A stretch of 63,500 bases of DNA, counting the filler, from Globobulimina sp. (taxonomy: Eukaryota), in assembly GCA_003354225.1 (NCBI GenBank). It is 39 parts of 39 records of this genome, joined end to end, with 100 filler letters (N's around TTAATTAATTAA, not from the genome) between each part and the next. Parts side by side here need not be neighbours in the genome. Positions count along the whole stretch, not along the records: positions 11,425 to 12,955 come from PIVH01015216.1; positions 13,056 to 14,586 come from PIVH01015217.1; positions 14,687 to 16,217 come from PIVH01015218.1; positions 16,318 to 17,848 come from PIVH01015219.1; positions 17,949 to 19,479 come from PIVH01015220.1; positions 19,580 to 21,110 come from PIVH01015221.1; positions 21,211 to 22,741 come from PIVH01015222.1; positions 22,842 to 24,372 come from PIVH01015223.1; 31 more parts are not named here. One strand, given 5' to 3'. The notes beneath the pieces were generated by a model. It saw only the letters and a list, made by a program, of their open reading frames with translations, did not search any database and was not told the origin of the DNA. Below are positions 12,168-24,472 of this stretch, piece after piece. Every line of letters starts with the position of its first letter. Positions within the stretch are counted from its first letter, which is position 1. The translations under genes and the position numbers were made by a program.

Positions 12168-12955
12168 TGATTGCGGTTGTGCGTCCATAGGCATTGTCTG
12201 CGCAGTCTTTAATGGTTGTGGTTTATTTCTGTTATCATTTAACTGATGTTGCTGCACTCGATCTTGGCCGTAATATATCATACGCAACGCACTGCAATTA
12301 TGACATAGCGCACGGTTGTTGGTATTTGATGTACCACACCGCACTCGAATATTGTTGTTTATTCTGCGCCAACTGATGCTGTACAGCTGTGGGAGGTTTA
12401 TAATTGAATAAAGAAATTCGATCACAGAGTGATATATCATCATCAACGCGTTGCATACGAGGATCATGTTTCCCACGCTTAGGTTGAGGGAAATGGGCAG
12501 AAGGCACAGAATGCACACTTCGTGCTGGTCGTAATGGTACAATTCGATGTTCTTCAGCCAAATAATTATCATTATTGCCTCGTACTGGCTGTACATTATG
12601 CGGCACAGGTTTCGATGCATATACCGGTCTAAACTGAATATGGTCTCTATAATCATAGAACCAATCCTTTTTCTTGGCTCGTTTAACTTGATTATTAATA
12701 ATTTCCCACTTCTGTGGGTGTTTCAATCCGTCGCGAATACCCACATTAATGTTAATTCTCGTGCATTTTTCACGTCATGTGGGTCGCGACCCTTTTTAAT
12801 ATCGGCTTTACATAACCCAATTTATGCAGCACAGGGAAGTATTCTTTGCGGAAACATAAATTGAAATAATCCTTCAAAAATGAAAATTTAAAGGAGCCCA
12901 AATAATCAAATAATTTAATATGCAGCCCCGGTCCATGGTTGCACTCACGATTCAT
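12168..12955 (-). pseudogene. Degenerate frameshifted coding-like sequence beside the element
   Basis: Short ORF pieces in different frames (12770-12955, 12298-12744, ~12168-12340), one with a partial Zn-finger-like CGTSNTNNRALCHNC. Confidence 0.3.
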
Positions 12956-13055
12956 NNNNNNNNNNNNNNNNNNNNNNNNNNNNNNNNNNNNNNNNNNNNT
13001 TAATTAATTAANNNNNNNNNNNNNNNNNNNNNNNNNNNNNNNNNNNNNNNNNNNN

Positions 13056-14584
13056 AAATAGGAATTAGATATACTGTAATTTAATTGATGTGAGATCCGG
13101 TCAATGATATAATCACTATTACTTATTATAAATCCATCAAATGAGTCATACTCATTTGTAAATGCAATATGATGCAAACTCGACAGTGCTGTTTGATGAA
13201 TTAAGTCGTTGTCCGTCAAGGATAATTTCTCAATCATTGGGAATAAAATGAACATTAAATATTTATCAAAATAAGTATGGTCTATAAATATGTATGAAAT
13301 ACTGGCAAAAATACGTAAAATTAAAGAGATTATGGTTGCATTTTGTGATATTTCTTTGCTGCCTAATACTTTTAATTCAGATTCATCAAAATCATGCTTT
13401 TTATTTCTTTTATTTTGCGATTTATATAAATATTTAATTAATGTGGAACGATTTGTGAGGGATAACCCGAAATGTTGTGCTTGTAATAATATATTAATTA
13501 AACTATAAAAATAGGAATAAAATTCATTTTTCAATGCAGTGTTTTTATCACTTTTATACAAATATTTGCCAGAACCAAGCAATATGTTATAAATTAATAA
13601 TAAGATTTGAATTTGTTTTCTTTTAAAATCTTGCATTTGATTATGATTATCACTGTGTAATATTTGCATTAATGGATCAATAATCTCTCGGATTTTAAAT
13701 ATGATTCGTTTTTTATTGTTTTTGCACATAATAAACCCAACACTTTGACATATTTTATAAATGATATTTTTACATTCTTCATTACTAAAATACATTAAAT
13801 CTATTTCATAGTACATTGGTATGCAATTAACTGCCATTTTAGAGACAAAATCATTATGAATCACTGTAACTGGACATAAAATGTTTGAATAATTTTCAAA
13901 TATTAAATGATGTGCTAAACCATCACAATTTATACTTAAACAGTATAATAAATTATTGATAATGTTACTATCCTCATGCAATATCACTGCGATAATATCT
14001 TCTTTTCTCTTTTTATAAATTGGTGCTAAAATATGTAAATATCCACTGATTAATTTTAAATTTAATAAGGAATGGTCATCATTTTGTAATTTACAAAAAC
14101 GTGGTAATTGTTTGATTAAATGTATTAATCTCTGTGTTAATTGCATACAAATATCATAACTTATTATCTCATATTCAGTCAACACCTTAATAATCAATGT
14201 CGACACTAAATCTTTTTCGTCAATGCAATGTATATAATTCAATGATATCTTGATTTGCGTCATTAGAAATTCAAAAATAATTAGCAATGATTCGTACTCT
14301 AATAATGGTCCACAAACAATTATTATTCGCATTGCGTTGGATATTAATGATAATTTTACTGTTGAATGTTGAAAGAAAGATGCATATTTTGCTCCATGTT
14401 TGCGACGATTTGTGTTCCATAAATGTTTAAATGATTTCATTTCTTCCTCTTCTTCATTTTTTTCTTCCTCTTCTTCATTATCGATATCATTATCAATGAA
14501 TATCACAGAATATAAATTGGTAAAAATCAATGACAATTTACTTCTGACCATATCTACCCATTCAATATCACGTTGATTATCAAA
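13056..14584 (-). CDS. TTI1: TELO2-interacting protein 1-like HEAT-repeat protein (partial)
   Basis: LFPMIEKL...QTALSSLHHIA...YDSFDGFIISNSDYIIDRIS matches the conserved TTI1 NxDY region as I recall it. Confidence 0.7.
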
Positions 14585-14688
14585 CANNNNNNNNNNNNNN
14601 NNNNNNNNNNNNNNNNNNNNNNNNNNNNNNTTAATTAATTAANNNNNNNNNNNNNNNNNNNNNNNNNNNNNNNNNNNNNNNNNNNNTG

Positions 14689-16119
14689 AAATCAAATAAT
14701 TGTGATCAAGGAAAAGAATTAATTGTAAACAGCACATTATCAGATTTCGATGCAGTGTCCATACAAATGGTTGGTTCAGATTTTAATGTATCAGCATTGC
14801 CATCAAATATTAGTATAACATTTAATTTCAATGACAGCTTAGAGACAAATTTAAATGAATTACGATGTGCGTGGTTTGATGGAATATATAATGTGTGGAG
14901 CTATGATGGATGTACTCAATATATTGATTTCTCAAATCATTTAATGCATTGCTCATGTAATCACCTGACAATATTTGGCACTGTTCATGATATACATGAT
15001 ACGAATAATATTTTATGCGATTTATTTAATGATGAAAAATGGAGAAATACGCATTTAATATTTTGTATTTTATTCCTTGTGTTATTTTGTTACGCACTCA
15101 TTCAGCTCTTACCCTTTGTATTAAGCAGCAAACACAAAATGAAAACAATATTTTTAAAGCATTTTCAATTATTTGTATTGGTCTTTATTTTAATTATCTC
15201 ATTATTTAATATGATTGTTTGTTTTATGTTATTTTTGAGAAGAATTAAATGGACCGATTCAAATGTCTCATTATTAACTTTTTTTATGTTAATACCGTTA
15301 ATATTTTATTTTATGATGTTTTCGTGGATATTTTTTTCATGGACGACAGTGGCAAATTCCATGAAACATAATGCATATACAATGACGAGAAATATTCGAA
15401 AAGCGTTGATTGTTGCAAATATCTTTTATTTTTTATTGTTAATAACACAGATTATTTTATTCTTATTGCGATTAAATAATCCATTTATTTATTTTTTATG
15501 TGGCATAAGTTGGTGTTTTTTAATGTTTTTAAGTGTTTTATTATTTAGTTATTATGGATATAAAATGGTGAAAATAATATATGACACTGCCAAAATTATG
15601 GAAAAAGTGCATTCGCCCTCGAGCTAAAAACAACGATTGCCATCACAATCAGGTTCAGCATCAAAATCAAAATCAAAATCAAAATCAAAACGTAGAGGAT
15701 CAAATCATTCAAAGTTTGGTGTTCGAGTTCAAGTGGCGAGAAAATTAGCAATTATTGCAGTTATTATTGTGTTGTTCTTTTCTATTCAATTTATATTGGC
15801 TCTGTACTTTTTATCAAAACAATTGAATAAAATTACATTAGAATGGAGAATTATTGATGTTTCATCACATTTTATATGTCTAATCATTATTTGTTTTATG
15901 TATCATTTAAATATTAAAAAAATAAGAAATGATTTACGTATTCAACCATTATGTATTAAACCCACATTTAAAAAATTTCACAAAGTCTCGGCAAGTGTTA
16001 CTGCCAATACTGCCATTACTGCATCTTCGACAAATTATGTGATGGACTCAACACCGGCACCTATTACTCCTATTTCTATTGAATTCAATGTGACTGCACA
16101 TTCTTATCATGCATATTGA
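14689..16119 (+). CDS. GPS-motif (adhesion-type) 7TM receptor, 5' partial, one in-frame TAA at 15625-15627
   Basis: CAWFD...WSYDGC...CSCNHLTIF GPS motif; 5 TM segments before the stop and 2 after it in the same frame. Confidence 0.8.
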
Positions 16120-16317
16120 ATCGATCTGAAATATAAAATAAAATATTACATTTTTGTATAAAAAACTTGTTTGCATTCTGTCTTTCTTTACTTTGTGTAC
16201 AGTGTTTTATAAATTTANNNNNNNNNNNNNNNNNNNNNNNNNNNNNNNNNNNNNNNNNNNNTTAATTAATTAANNNNNNNNNNNNNNNNNNNNNNNNNNN
16301 NNNNNNNNNNNNNNNNN

Positions 16318-17052
16318 CAGCTCGTACAATATTTGGATACCATTCAAAGTAATGGAGGTATTCAAGCCTTACAGTTACGTTTTTTTTATATATATAAAAC
16401 AATGCAATTACGAATATTTGACAGCAAAATTAGTTATAAAAATATTGCAAATAATTGTGGCAATCAACAACGACAAAGAAATGCAAGGATATACCCGTTG
16501 ATATTCGAAATGATTCAAGATATATCACCAAAACCACAGAATAGAAAATGGAGGAATTGGTTATGTGACAATGGCGAATATTCATTAACGAAAAGGATAA
16601 AACATTGTGGAATGACGGGTGCGTTTATAATAGTTTTAATATTAAGTGTTATATTTATAATTTCAAAGATGTTTCAAATAATATTTCCATACATTATCAT
16701 TTCGTATTTATTTTATTGGAAACATTGGAATGAAATCGATACATTTCAGATGGTGATGTTGCTCACTTATATTGGTTTGCAAATTATTTTGCTTTTGTTT
16801 GGAATTATGGTGATAAGAATACATTGGTGGTTATGGTATATTGCGCCCGGAGGCAATGTCGATTTGAACTCTGTTGGCAATGCGACAGATTTAATGCAAC
16901 AAATACGAAAAGATTATATTCAAATGGCGTGGTTACCCATCATTGAAAAAATGATACTTGATAAATATGGGGATGATATTGGTGCTGTCATCATGAACTT
17001 TTTTACTAGTATACAAGAGGAGGAAATATGTATACAAAGTCTCAAAGTTTGA
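16318..17052 (+). CDS. Hypothetical membrane protein, C-terminal part
   Basis: Open frame from contig edge; 2-3 TM segments; C-terminal KYGDDIGAVIMNF. Confidence 0.6.
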   Translation, partial: QLVQYLDTIQSNGGIQALQLRFFYIYKTMQLRIFDSKISYKNIANNCGNQQRQRNARIYPLIFEMIQDISPKPQNRKWRNWLCDNGEYSLTKRIKHCGMTGAFIIVLILSVIFIISKMFQIIFPYIIISYLFYWKHWNEIDTFQMVMLLTYIGLQIILLLFGIMVIRIHWWLWYIAPGGNVDLNSVGNATDLMQQIRKDYIQMAWLPIIEKMILDKYGDDIGAVIMNFFTSIQEEEICIQSLKV

Positions 17053-18277
17053 CGATCTGTTTCAGCTATTTTTTTATTTGCATATTTTTTATGTTTGATT
17101 ATATTGTTCCTCCTAAGAACGCCACATAATACATCGACAAAATGATTATAAGTTTCCGTAAGAAATGCCCCCATAAATAAATTCATATCATATTTATGCA
17201 CTACATATACCTTTGTAATGCAAGGAAAGAATAAGCCAATCCAGTTATAACATTCGCCATACAGTTGAGTGTAGTGGTTGTGTTATACATACGTGTTGTA
17301 CATAGCCATCTAAACTACAAAATTTACATTTCCTACAAACCAGAGAAATAATAAATTTGGAGATCTTTCTGTATTAACTTCAAATAAAACTCAAAGTAAT
17401 ACATTCTACTTTCAACTGTATACTGCAGATATAGTGTTATAGGATTTGGTTAGGGTATATTCAGTGCATTAATCGTTATAGAATCTATGTTCATCCCCGC
17501 TGGCGTACGTTATGAGCCTCGTTTGTGCATAAAATATGCATCTAAAACTGGCCAGTAAGCATTAGGATGTTTCAAGGCTTCGTTTGCCTGCGATCCTGAT
17601 TGACATTAAATATATCCGCTTTTTTTTGAAAACATATAATAAATATTGCGACATATAATAGGGTTTTTGCTTTTAGTTCATTTCTTCAATCAACATTTAA
17701 ATTTTCTATTTTTACTAACATTTGAGTGCTTGTAACTAAGTATGCTGACCATGGGCAATAACTCTTTGGCAAAATCCCCCAGATGGTCGAATCGATTGTG
17801 TTTTCATTGTAGAGGCACATTCCATCCATCATCCATCACAATTAAATGNNNNNNNNNNNNNNNNNNNNNNNNNNNNNNNNNNNNNNNNNNNNTTAATTAA
17901 TTAANNNNNNNNNNNNNNNNNNNNNNNNNNNNNNNNNNNNNNNNNNNNCCCTCAATGAATTGGATAGGTTTAGTAAATGATATCGTATGCATTATATTGC
18001 TATCTCTCAATGAATTTGATACCTTTGATTATCATATTAAACCCAAAGGAAACTCAGATGCGAGAATATCTTCCTTGGCATCATGTAAATGGGGCATGAA
18101 TGAAGAAAATAGCATTGTTATCACAGGATCGTGGGATAAAAAAGTCGAAGCGCTTATATCTATGAAAGAAACTGTTAATAATGAAAAACGAAAGTCGTTT
18201 TTAACTCAGTTGATATCCACTAGTTAGCCAACTATAATTGCAAAGATAACGTTTTTCACAGTTTTGCACTTTTGTAA

Positions 18278-19479
18278 ATGGGTGCATTATGCGATGCAAT
18301 TTGCCCACGTACTATGTCTGTGGAATCCACTGTTCCTGACACAAAAACCATGAAAGTACGCTCACATAAAGCAGTTATAGCATCTGAAGAGGGAGAGAAT
18401 CTGCAGGATGCCTTATTTGACGAATTTCGTAACGCAGTGCAAGAAGGTAATGATACGATGGTTATGTTTTATGTGGAGGAATTTTCATCGTTGGATCTTT
18501 TAAAGACAATATATAAAAATCATGATACTGTGTTACAGAAAGCAGTGAGACATCAGAAATACAGCGTAGTTGAATATATATTGCAAGAAGGAGCCTCTGT
18601 TGAGTATATACCTTAAAATCCGCAAATTCGTTCACCAACATTTTACCACTTTATATTCAAAGTTGCAACACTTATCAGACTTACTTTTTTCTCGTCAAAT
18701 TGAAAAAAAGTGGTAAAATATGTTGCATTTAATTGCTCCGAGGATTGTTGTGACTCATTTTGTTGCCGATGCCCTCTCCATAGATTTCACAAATTTTTAA
18801 AAAAATGTTTCTGAATAAAAAACAGATAAATAAACAAAACGGATCCAACGGAGACACAGCAATTCATATAGCGGCACGCTTTGGTGATATAAGAATGATT
18901 AAATTGTTACTTACATATAAAGCAGATCCAACAATTGGTAATCACAGTGACCAAACAGCAATAATAATTGCTGAAAACAATGGATGTAAACAGATTGTAC
19001 AGGAATTTAGAATTTCAGAGCATGAAAAAACAGAGTCTAAAACAGAATTGACTTCAAACACATTGGCTCAAAAACTCAAAGTTCAACATAATGCTCGAAT
19101 GCGAAGCAGTGTAGTCAATATTTAGCATACTAACAAAATGGCAGCGACAACACGCCGCACTAAAACAGACAGGATGGACACTATGCAACTGTTAGGCATC
19201 GCGTCCGGTATATACAACGATGTACTTGTTACGATAAGACATAATAAGAAGCAATTGACCAGTTTGAAGGGGTGGTTGCAGAAAAGGCAATTGCATCCAC
19301 CGCATTTATGGTTGAAAAGATGGGTTCTGGTCAAGGACAGATATTTATTATGGAGCGACAGACAAATTACAGTGCAGCATAAGGTGGATCGCAATGAGAA
19401 AGGAAGGTGGAATAAATGTATTGCTCTAAGCAAAATAACGACGGTATCAGCTGTTTTGCATAAAAGTCAAAACAAATTA
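18278..19479 (+). CDS. Ankyrin-repeat + PH-domain protein (intron 18599-18825; in-frame TAG 19123-19125; 3' partial)
   Basis: Splice gives EGASINKQNGSNGDTAIHIAA (ANK); LKGWLQKR...WLKRWVLV (PH); MGALCDAIC suggests N-terminal acylation. Confidence 0.8.
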
Positions 19480-19579
19480 NNNNNNNNNNNNNNNNNNNNN
19501 NNNNNNNNNNNNNNNNNNNNNNNTTAATTAATTAANNNNNNNNNNNNNNNNNNNNNNNNNNNNNNNNNNNNNNNNNNNN

Positions 19580-20332
19580 TGGGTTGAAATAGTTGCACGG
19601 ACATTTCTTGTCTGTGCCGCGAATATATTTGTTTCCACAACGCGAGTCGCCGAGAATTACTTTTTTTATTACTTTTCTATATTTTTGATCTTTGTATGAT
19701 AATATATATTCTTTAAAATATGATTTCCTTTTATCTTTCTTATGTTTTATGTGCCGAATATGTTTTACTTTCAGGCCGAATTTGGTTTTACTTGTTGGGC
19801 AAATAATAAATTCGCACGGTCTCACCATTGTGGCAAAGTATAATTGGGCCAACATTACTTTTAATAAATTATTTAATTTGATTGTTTGTAGATATTTGCC
19901 AAATGCTTTATGATATAATGTATAATTTATTATATGTTTTAATTTATATGGCAATCTGCTATCTGTTTCTGTTCCATATTCTTTTTTCAGTCCACCTTTA
20001 AAATTTGAGAAATCTCTATCTGTGATCCATTCAAGACTTCCTTTTTTCAGATCACATAACCAGATTAATGTTGATTGCCACATATTGATTGAAGCAACGC
20101 TTCCTAATTGGAGCGCTCTTTCAGAAAACCAATAGGTTACTAATAAAGGGTCCATTGGCATAGCTAACGGGTCTTCGTCAATGAGGACACAATATTTGGC
20201 CCAATTTCGCATATTTGACACGTAATGTGTTTTGGTTAATGTACATTTCTTTATATTTCTAATTTTTACAATGTGATTTGTATTTTTTGGATCTTTTGGT
20301 GCGATCCTATTATTTGTTAATCTGACACGCAT
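19580..20332 (-). mobile_element. Tyrosine recombinase of DIRS/Ngaro/Crypton-type element (3' partial)
   Basis: TKTHY...W..YC N-terminal helical domain, RLPY, LYFATMVRPCEF (first catalytic Arg), GLKVKHI, ILSYKDQK. Confidence 0.75.
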
Positions 20333-20675
20333 GAATTCTTTTTAAATTATATTATGGTAAATATATGTTAACAAACAACAAAATGATTGGTTGAATATAA
20401 ATTTATAATATAGAAAATAACAATAACGCCCATCACGATTAGTAATTGACAATAATATATTGTAAAAACTAAAGGCTATTTTAGGTTTCGTTAAAGTTCA
20501 GCAGTTTTTAACTTTTTCTTAAATAAAGATAAAAAACTCACTAGTCAGTCACTTCAAAAGAAGGGAAACTTGACACACAGTTTGGTCGGGACACATAAAC
20601 AATTTGTGCACCCTCATTAGATGCATTTGGACGATCATCAAATTCGCTCGGAATTCAGATGATTTTGAAGAGGGC

Positions 20676-21110
20676 TTACAAGATAAATGGATGCCATTTA
20701 AATGTAATTTGATAGATTTGCGCATTAATATTTTTAATTAAACCATCATTCAATACTTTGATAATCGAATCGAATGTTTGTGAATGTAACACTGGACATT
20801 TAATTTCAAATGCTTTGCTATTTGGAAATAACTTAATTAAACTGTCCATTCTCAAACAATTCTCATTATTAATATCAATAAAAAAGGATGCAACACTTGT
20901 ATTTTGTATTAATTTTACATCGAATTTAATTAAATTATCCTGATGATTACAATAAGAAATAAATAGTTTAGAAATGTATCCCATTTTAAGCTCATCATAA
21001 TTTATCTCCTCCTCCGCACCGCCACCGGTATTGAATTTATATTGCAATAATTGGTATAATCGATTTAATGATTTTACTTTCATTTTATTGATTTTCCGCC
21101 CATTTATGAT
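20676..21110 (-). CDS. C-terminal fragment of hypothetical protein, probably same family as 6531-8060
   Basis: IING...LYQLLQY...YISKLFISY...FF parallels IMRG...LLHLMQNY...YLCNLFNY...FF. Confidence 0.45.
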   Translation of the reverse strand: MINGRKINKMKVKSLNRLYQLLQYKFNTGGGAEEEINYDELKMGYISKLFISYCNHQDNLIKFDVKLIQNTSVASFFIDINNENCLRMDSLIKLFPNSKAFEIKCPVLHSQTFDSIIKVLNDGLIKNINAQIYQITFKWHPFIL

Positions 21111-21210
21111 NNNNNNNNNNNNNNNNNNNNNNNNNNNNNNNNNNNNNNNNNNNNTTAATTAATTAANNNNNNNNNNNNNNNNNNNNNNNNNNNNNNNNNN
21201 NNNNNNNNNN

Positions 21211-22246
21211 TTACAGCCATCGCTTCAAATCTGTGAGTGTCGTTTTCAGAAAGATTCAACACATCTGTTTCATATAGATCTCTCAAATAATTAAAATAAT
21301 TTGGGATAGCATTTTTTCGTAAATAAGTAGAAAGTGGTTGCAGGACTTCTTCATTACTTAAACAATGCCTGCCAAAGGGAAGTTCAAAATCCGGGCTATC
21401 CACTTGAATTTTAAGATTTGAAATATCGTAACACTCACTTAATCCAAAAGAAAACAAATTGTACTCCGTGGATATCAGCACACGGTTCTGATAAAGTTCA
21501 TGTACTTTGTTATCAAGAGACAAAATAATTTCAAAAAAAGAATCCCCGATACTCACTTCATAAGTTTTTAAAAGGAAGTTTGCGGTATCTGCCCAGGCAT
21601 CTTTAACATTAATTGGCCAAATATTTTTTTCTTGGTTTGGCTCATTTTTCCCGAAAATAATAATCTCAATGGGCAGGTATCTGACATATCTTTCTAAAAT
21701 ATTTTTCAGACAAATAAGCGTATAGTGCAATGAATATTTTTTCTGAAAAGTAATTTTGAATTGAGTGCCTTTTGGTGGAACCGGTTCAATACGATTCAGA
21801 TCAAGTGGGGCATCATCTAATAGATATCCTGTTTCCATTCTCCAACACTCATCACCAGTGGAGGTTTCCATTTCAAAACTACACTGACCGGGTATCGCTG
21901 CCGCACTTAATTTACCGATACCATGTTGCCCAATCGTCTTTGCCACCCCTTTTCTTTTAACCGATCGATAAATGGTATTAAAATCAACGATTCCCTGTTT
22001 GTCCATACCATGACCATTATCCTCAATGATAATAGAGATCGTATCCTCATTTTCTTTTCCGGTAATAAAACAATATGTTGCGCCTGCATCATAGGTATTG
22101 ACGACATATTCCCGGATCCATTCATCTGGGTCAGCAAATTGTGTGCACATATCTTTTTTAATGTTTTCGTAGTGTGCCTGAATACCATTTTTTTCAATTT
22201 GTTTGATGTCTTCACGAAAATCCAAATTTAGTTTACCTATTGCCAT
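21211..22246 (-). CDS. Bacterial GHKL (HSP90-like/HATPase_c) ATPase, 3' partial
   Basis: REYVVNTYDA (N box), EDNGHGM (G1), IGQHGIGK (G2), KGTQF (G3); AAGGAG ending at 22253 favours ATG 22246; no introns. Confidence 0.85.
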
Positions 22247-22598
22247 GAGCATCTCCTTTTTTTGATATCAGAATATAAAAAGGCAAAAATGAACTTTTTA
22301 TATTTTGCTAATTACACTTAGCTATTTCACAAGGTGTGCCAATCGACTTTGTTTTGTTTATTTTGTATGAAAGCGCTTGTTGATAATAGATATTCATCAT
22401 TTATAATTGTTTTAAAAAAATAGATGAATGAGAATTTTGTTCAAATCTTGCATCAGTATTTCATGGTATTTTCACGTTAGTGGCACAGTAAAATTCTTTT
22501 AGTTGAGTTCAATTTCGAATTTGATTATATGGCTATAGGTATTGTATTCGCCTTACTCCATGAGTTTGAATCGAATCAGCAGGCTATATTCATTGTCC

Positions 22599-22614
22599 TG
22601 GCAAGAATTTTGCT
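22599..22614 (+). promoter_or_regulatory. Sigma-54 (-24/-12) promoter
   Basis: TGGCAA-GAATT-TTGCT has canonical GG-N10-GC spacing, ~55 bp before an SD and ATG. Confidence 0.65.
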
Positions 22615-22669
22615 ATATAAATTCTATTAAATTTAAGATTTTATCTAACTTCTTAAGGGAATTTAAATC

Positions 22670-22741
22670 ATGACGGCATCTCACATTGGTCAGCCCAAAA
22701 TTAATCTTTTGAATGAGAAAGAGTTATCCAATTCAGTTATC
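22670..22741 (+). CDS. Start of divergent bacterial gene (MTASHIGQPKINLLNEKELSNSVI...)
   Basis: AAGGGA upstream; frame open to contig edge. Confidence 0.5.
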
Positions 22742-22841
22742 NNNNNNNNNNNNNNNNNNNNNNNNNNNNNNNNNNNNNNNNNNNNTTAATTAATTAANNN
22801 NNNNNNNNNNNNNNNNNNNNNNNNNNNNNNNNNNNNNNNNN

Positions 22842-24229
22842 ACAATGAGCGCTATATCATTCTGCATATTATCCATTACAACTTCAACTGTTTGCAACAT
22901 GTTGTATAAATGCTCCATTTCACTGATCCGATGTGCGGTTTTGCTGTCGGTATTGGAATAAAACATATAATACAGATTCCTTACCAATATATATAAAAAT
23001 GAATTAATTGGAACAGCATCAATAATAAGCAAAAAATACAAAGCTACAGCCAAATAAAATAAATATGCTCCAAACATAATCCAAATGAATACGACATGAT
23101 AAAAATTATCAAATCTCTGCAACAGATCTGTGCCAAAGTAAATGACGGAAATAATTGGCATCAGATGTGACAACACACTCAAAATACCATAAATCCATTC
23201 GGAGTCTTCTATGCCAATAAACAGTCTCTTGTCTGTCATCCAATTGTTCAAATGTTTAATTTTGTGATTCACATTCAATTTCATAAAGCAATACTGAGCC
23301 TGCCATTTCTCACAGAATTTCATATTATATTTCTGATACAAACAATAAAAGCGAAGTAGCATTTCATTCTGATTGTTGTGGCTATTTTTAATGACAAAAT
23401 CATAATATCGCCCATGTTCCATACTGGTCATCATGTGCATATTTTGCAAGACTGTGCCGGATATCATACCGTTAAATGCTACAAATATTATCACAATAAT
23501 CTCAATGGATACATCCACAGTGCTCGAACCTGTAATGGTATGATATAGATTCTTGTGAATAGACGGTGTGAATAAAGACAACAATATTTCCGTTCCAATA
23601 AACCAATTCCATGATTTCCAAGCTTTCTTTGCCTCACTCGGTATTGACTGCAATTGAATTAAATGAATACATATCAAAATATAGGACAAGTCAATAATAA
23701 ATAATAATATATGGTACACATATTTTATCTCAGATTCAGTATAGTACATACAACGCCACATTTTAGTTAAAATATATGTGGTCATATAGCCAATATGTAT
23801 AACATTGGCGTCTTCATGCAATGGAGTCATGATCACCATGATAGGAGTTAGTAATGCAAAGGGAATGTATGCCATTGCAGTCAAAATATATAACAGAGCT
23901 CTAATCAACGAATTATTTACACCTATACACCAATTTCCTATCACATTCTTTTCATTTCCAAAGCGCCCCGAGGTTAACACAAATAAGAATAATGCTATGG
24001 GGAAAGTTGGATTGGATGCATTTCTATAGTTATCCATATATGTTGCAAGCAATGCTATAAAATAAGCAGCTAGACATGGCCACATTAATATCACTATGTC
24101 TTTAACTGTTACTGTTGTATTTGTTGAATAATTAGACCATAATTCACTGAAACAAATCATAAAATGGATGCCATAGATGATGGACAAAATTCTAAACATC
24201 TTCTTTGAATGCCATGTACAGGTAGTCAT
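22842..24229 (-). CDS. Hypothetical multi-pass membrane protein (3' partial)
   Basis: ~460-codon ORF with many hydrophobic segments. Confidence 0.7.
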
Positions 24230-24472
24230 GGGCAGTCTAGTTGTAGTTTTTTGTGGCTAGCTATTTTTCAATGGAAACAAAAGAAAGTAACAATGACGAT
24301 TATGACGAAACAATAAGTAAGTCTGTCACTACAGATACAAATTACATTCATACTTTAGAACGTATTTGAACGNNNNNNNNNNNNNNNNNNNNNNNNNNNN
24401 NNNNNNNNNNNNNNNNTTAATTAATTAANNNNNNNNNNNNNNNNNNNNNNNNNNNNNNNNNNNNNNNNNNNN

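Noticed and set aside
17955-18227. WD40-like fragment (ISSLA...ITGSWDKKV)
   Set aside because: One degenerate repeat with no supportable gene model
14689-19479. Ciliate-type TAA/TAG=Gln genetic code
   Set aside because: Many 400-500-codon ORFs use only CAA/CAG for Gln, and conserved proteins (e.g. the RCR ligase, LYS1) end at TAA where expected
19580-22741. Tyrosine recombinase next to GHKL ATPase as an integrative defence island
   Set aside because: Separate contigs across a spacer; one is bacterial, the other eukaryotic-like
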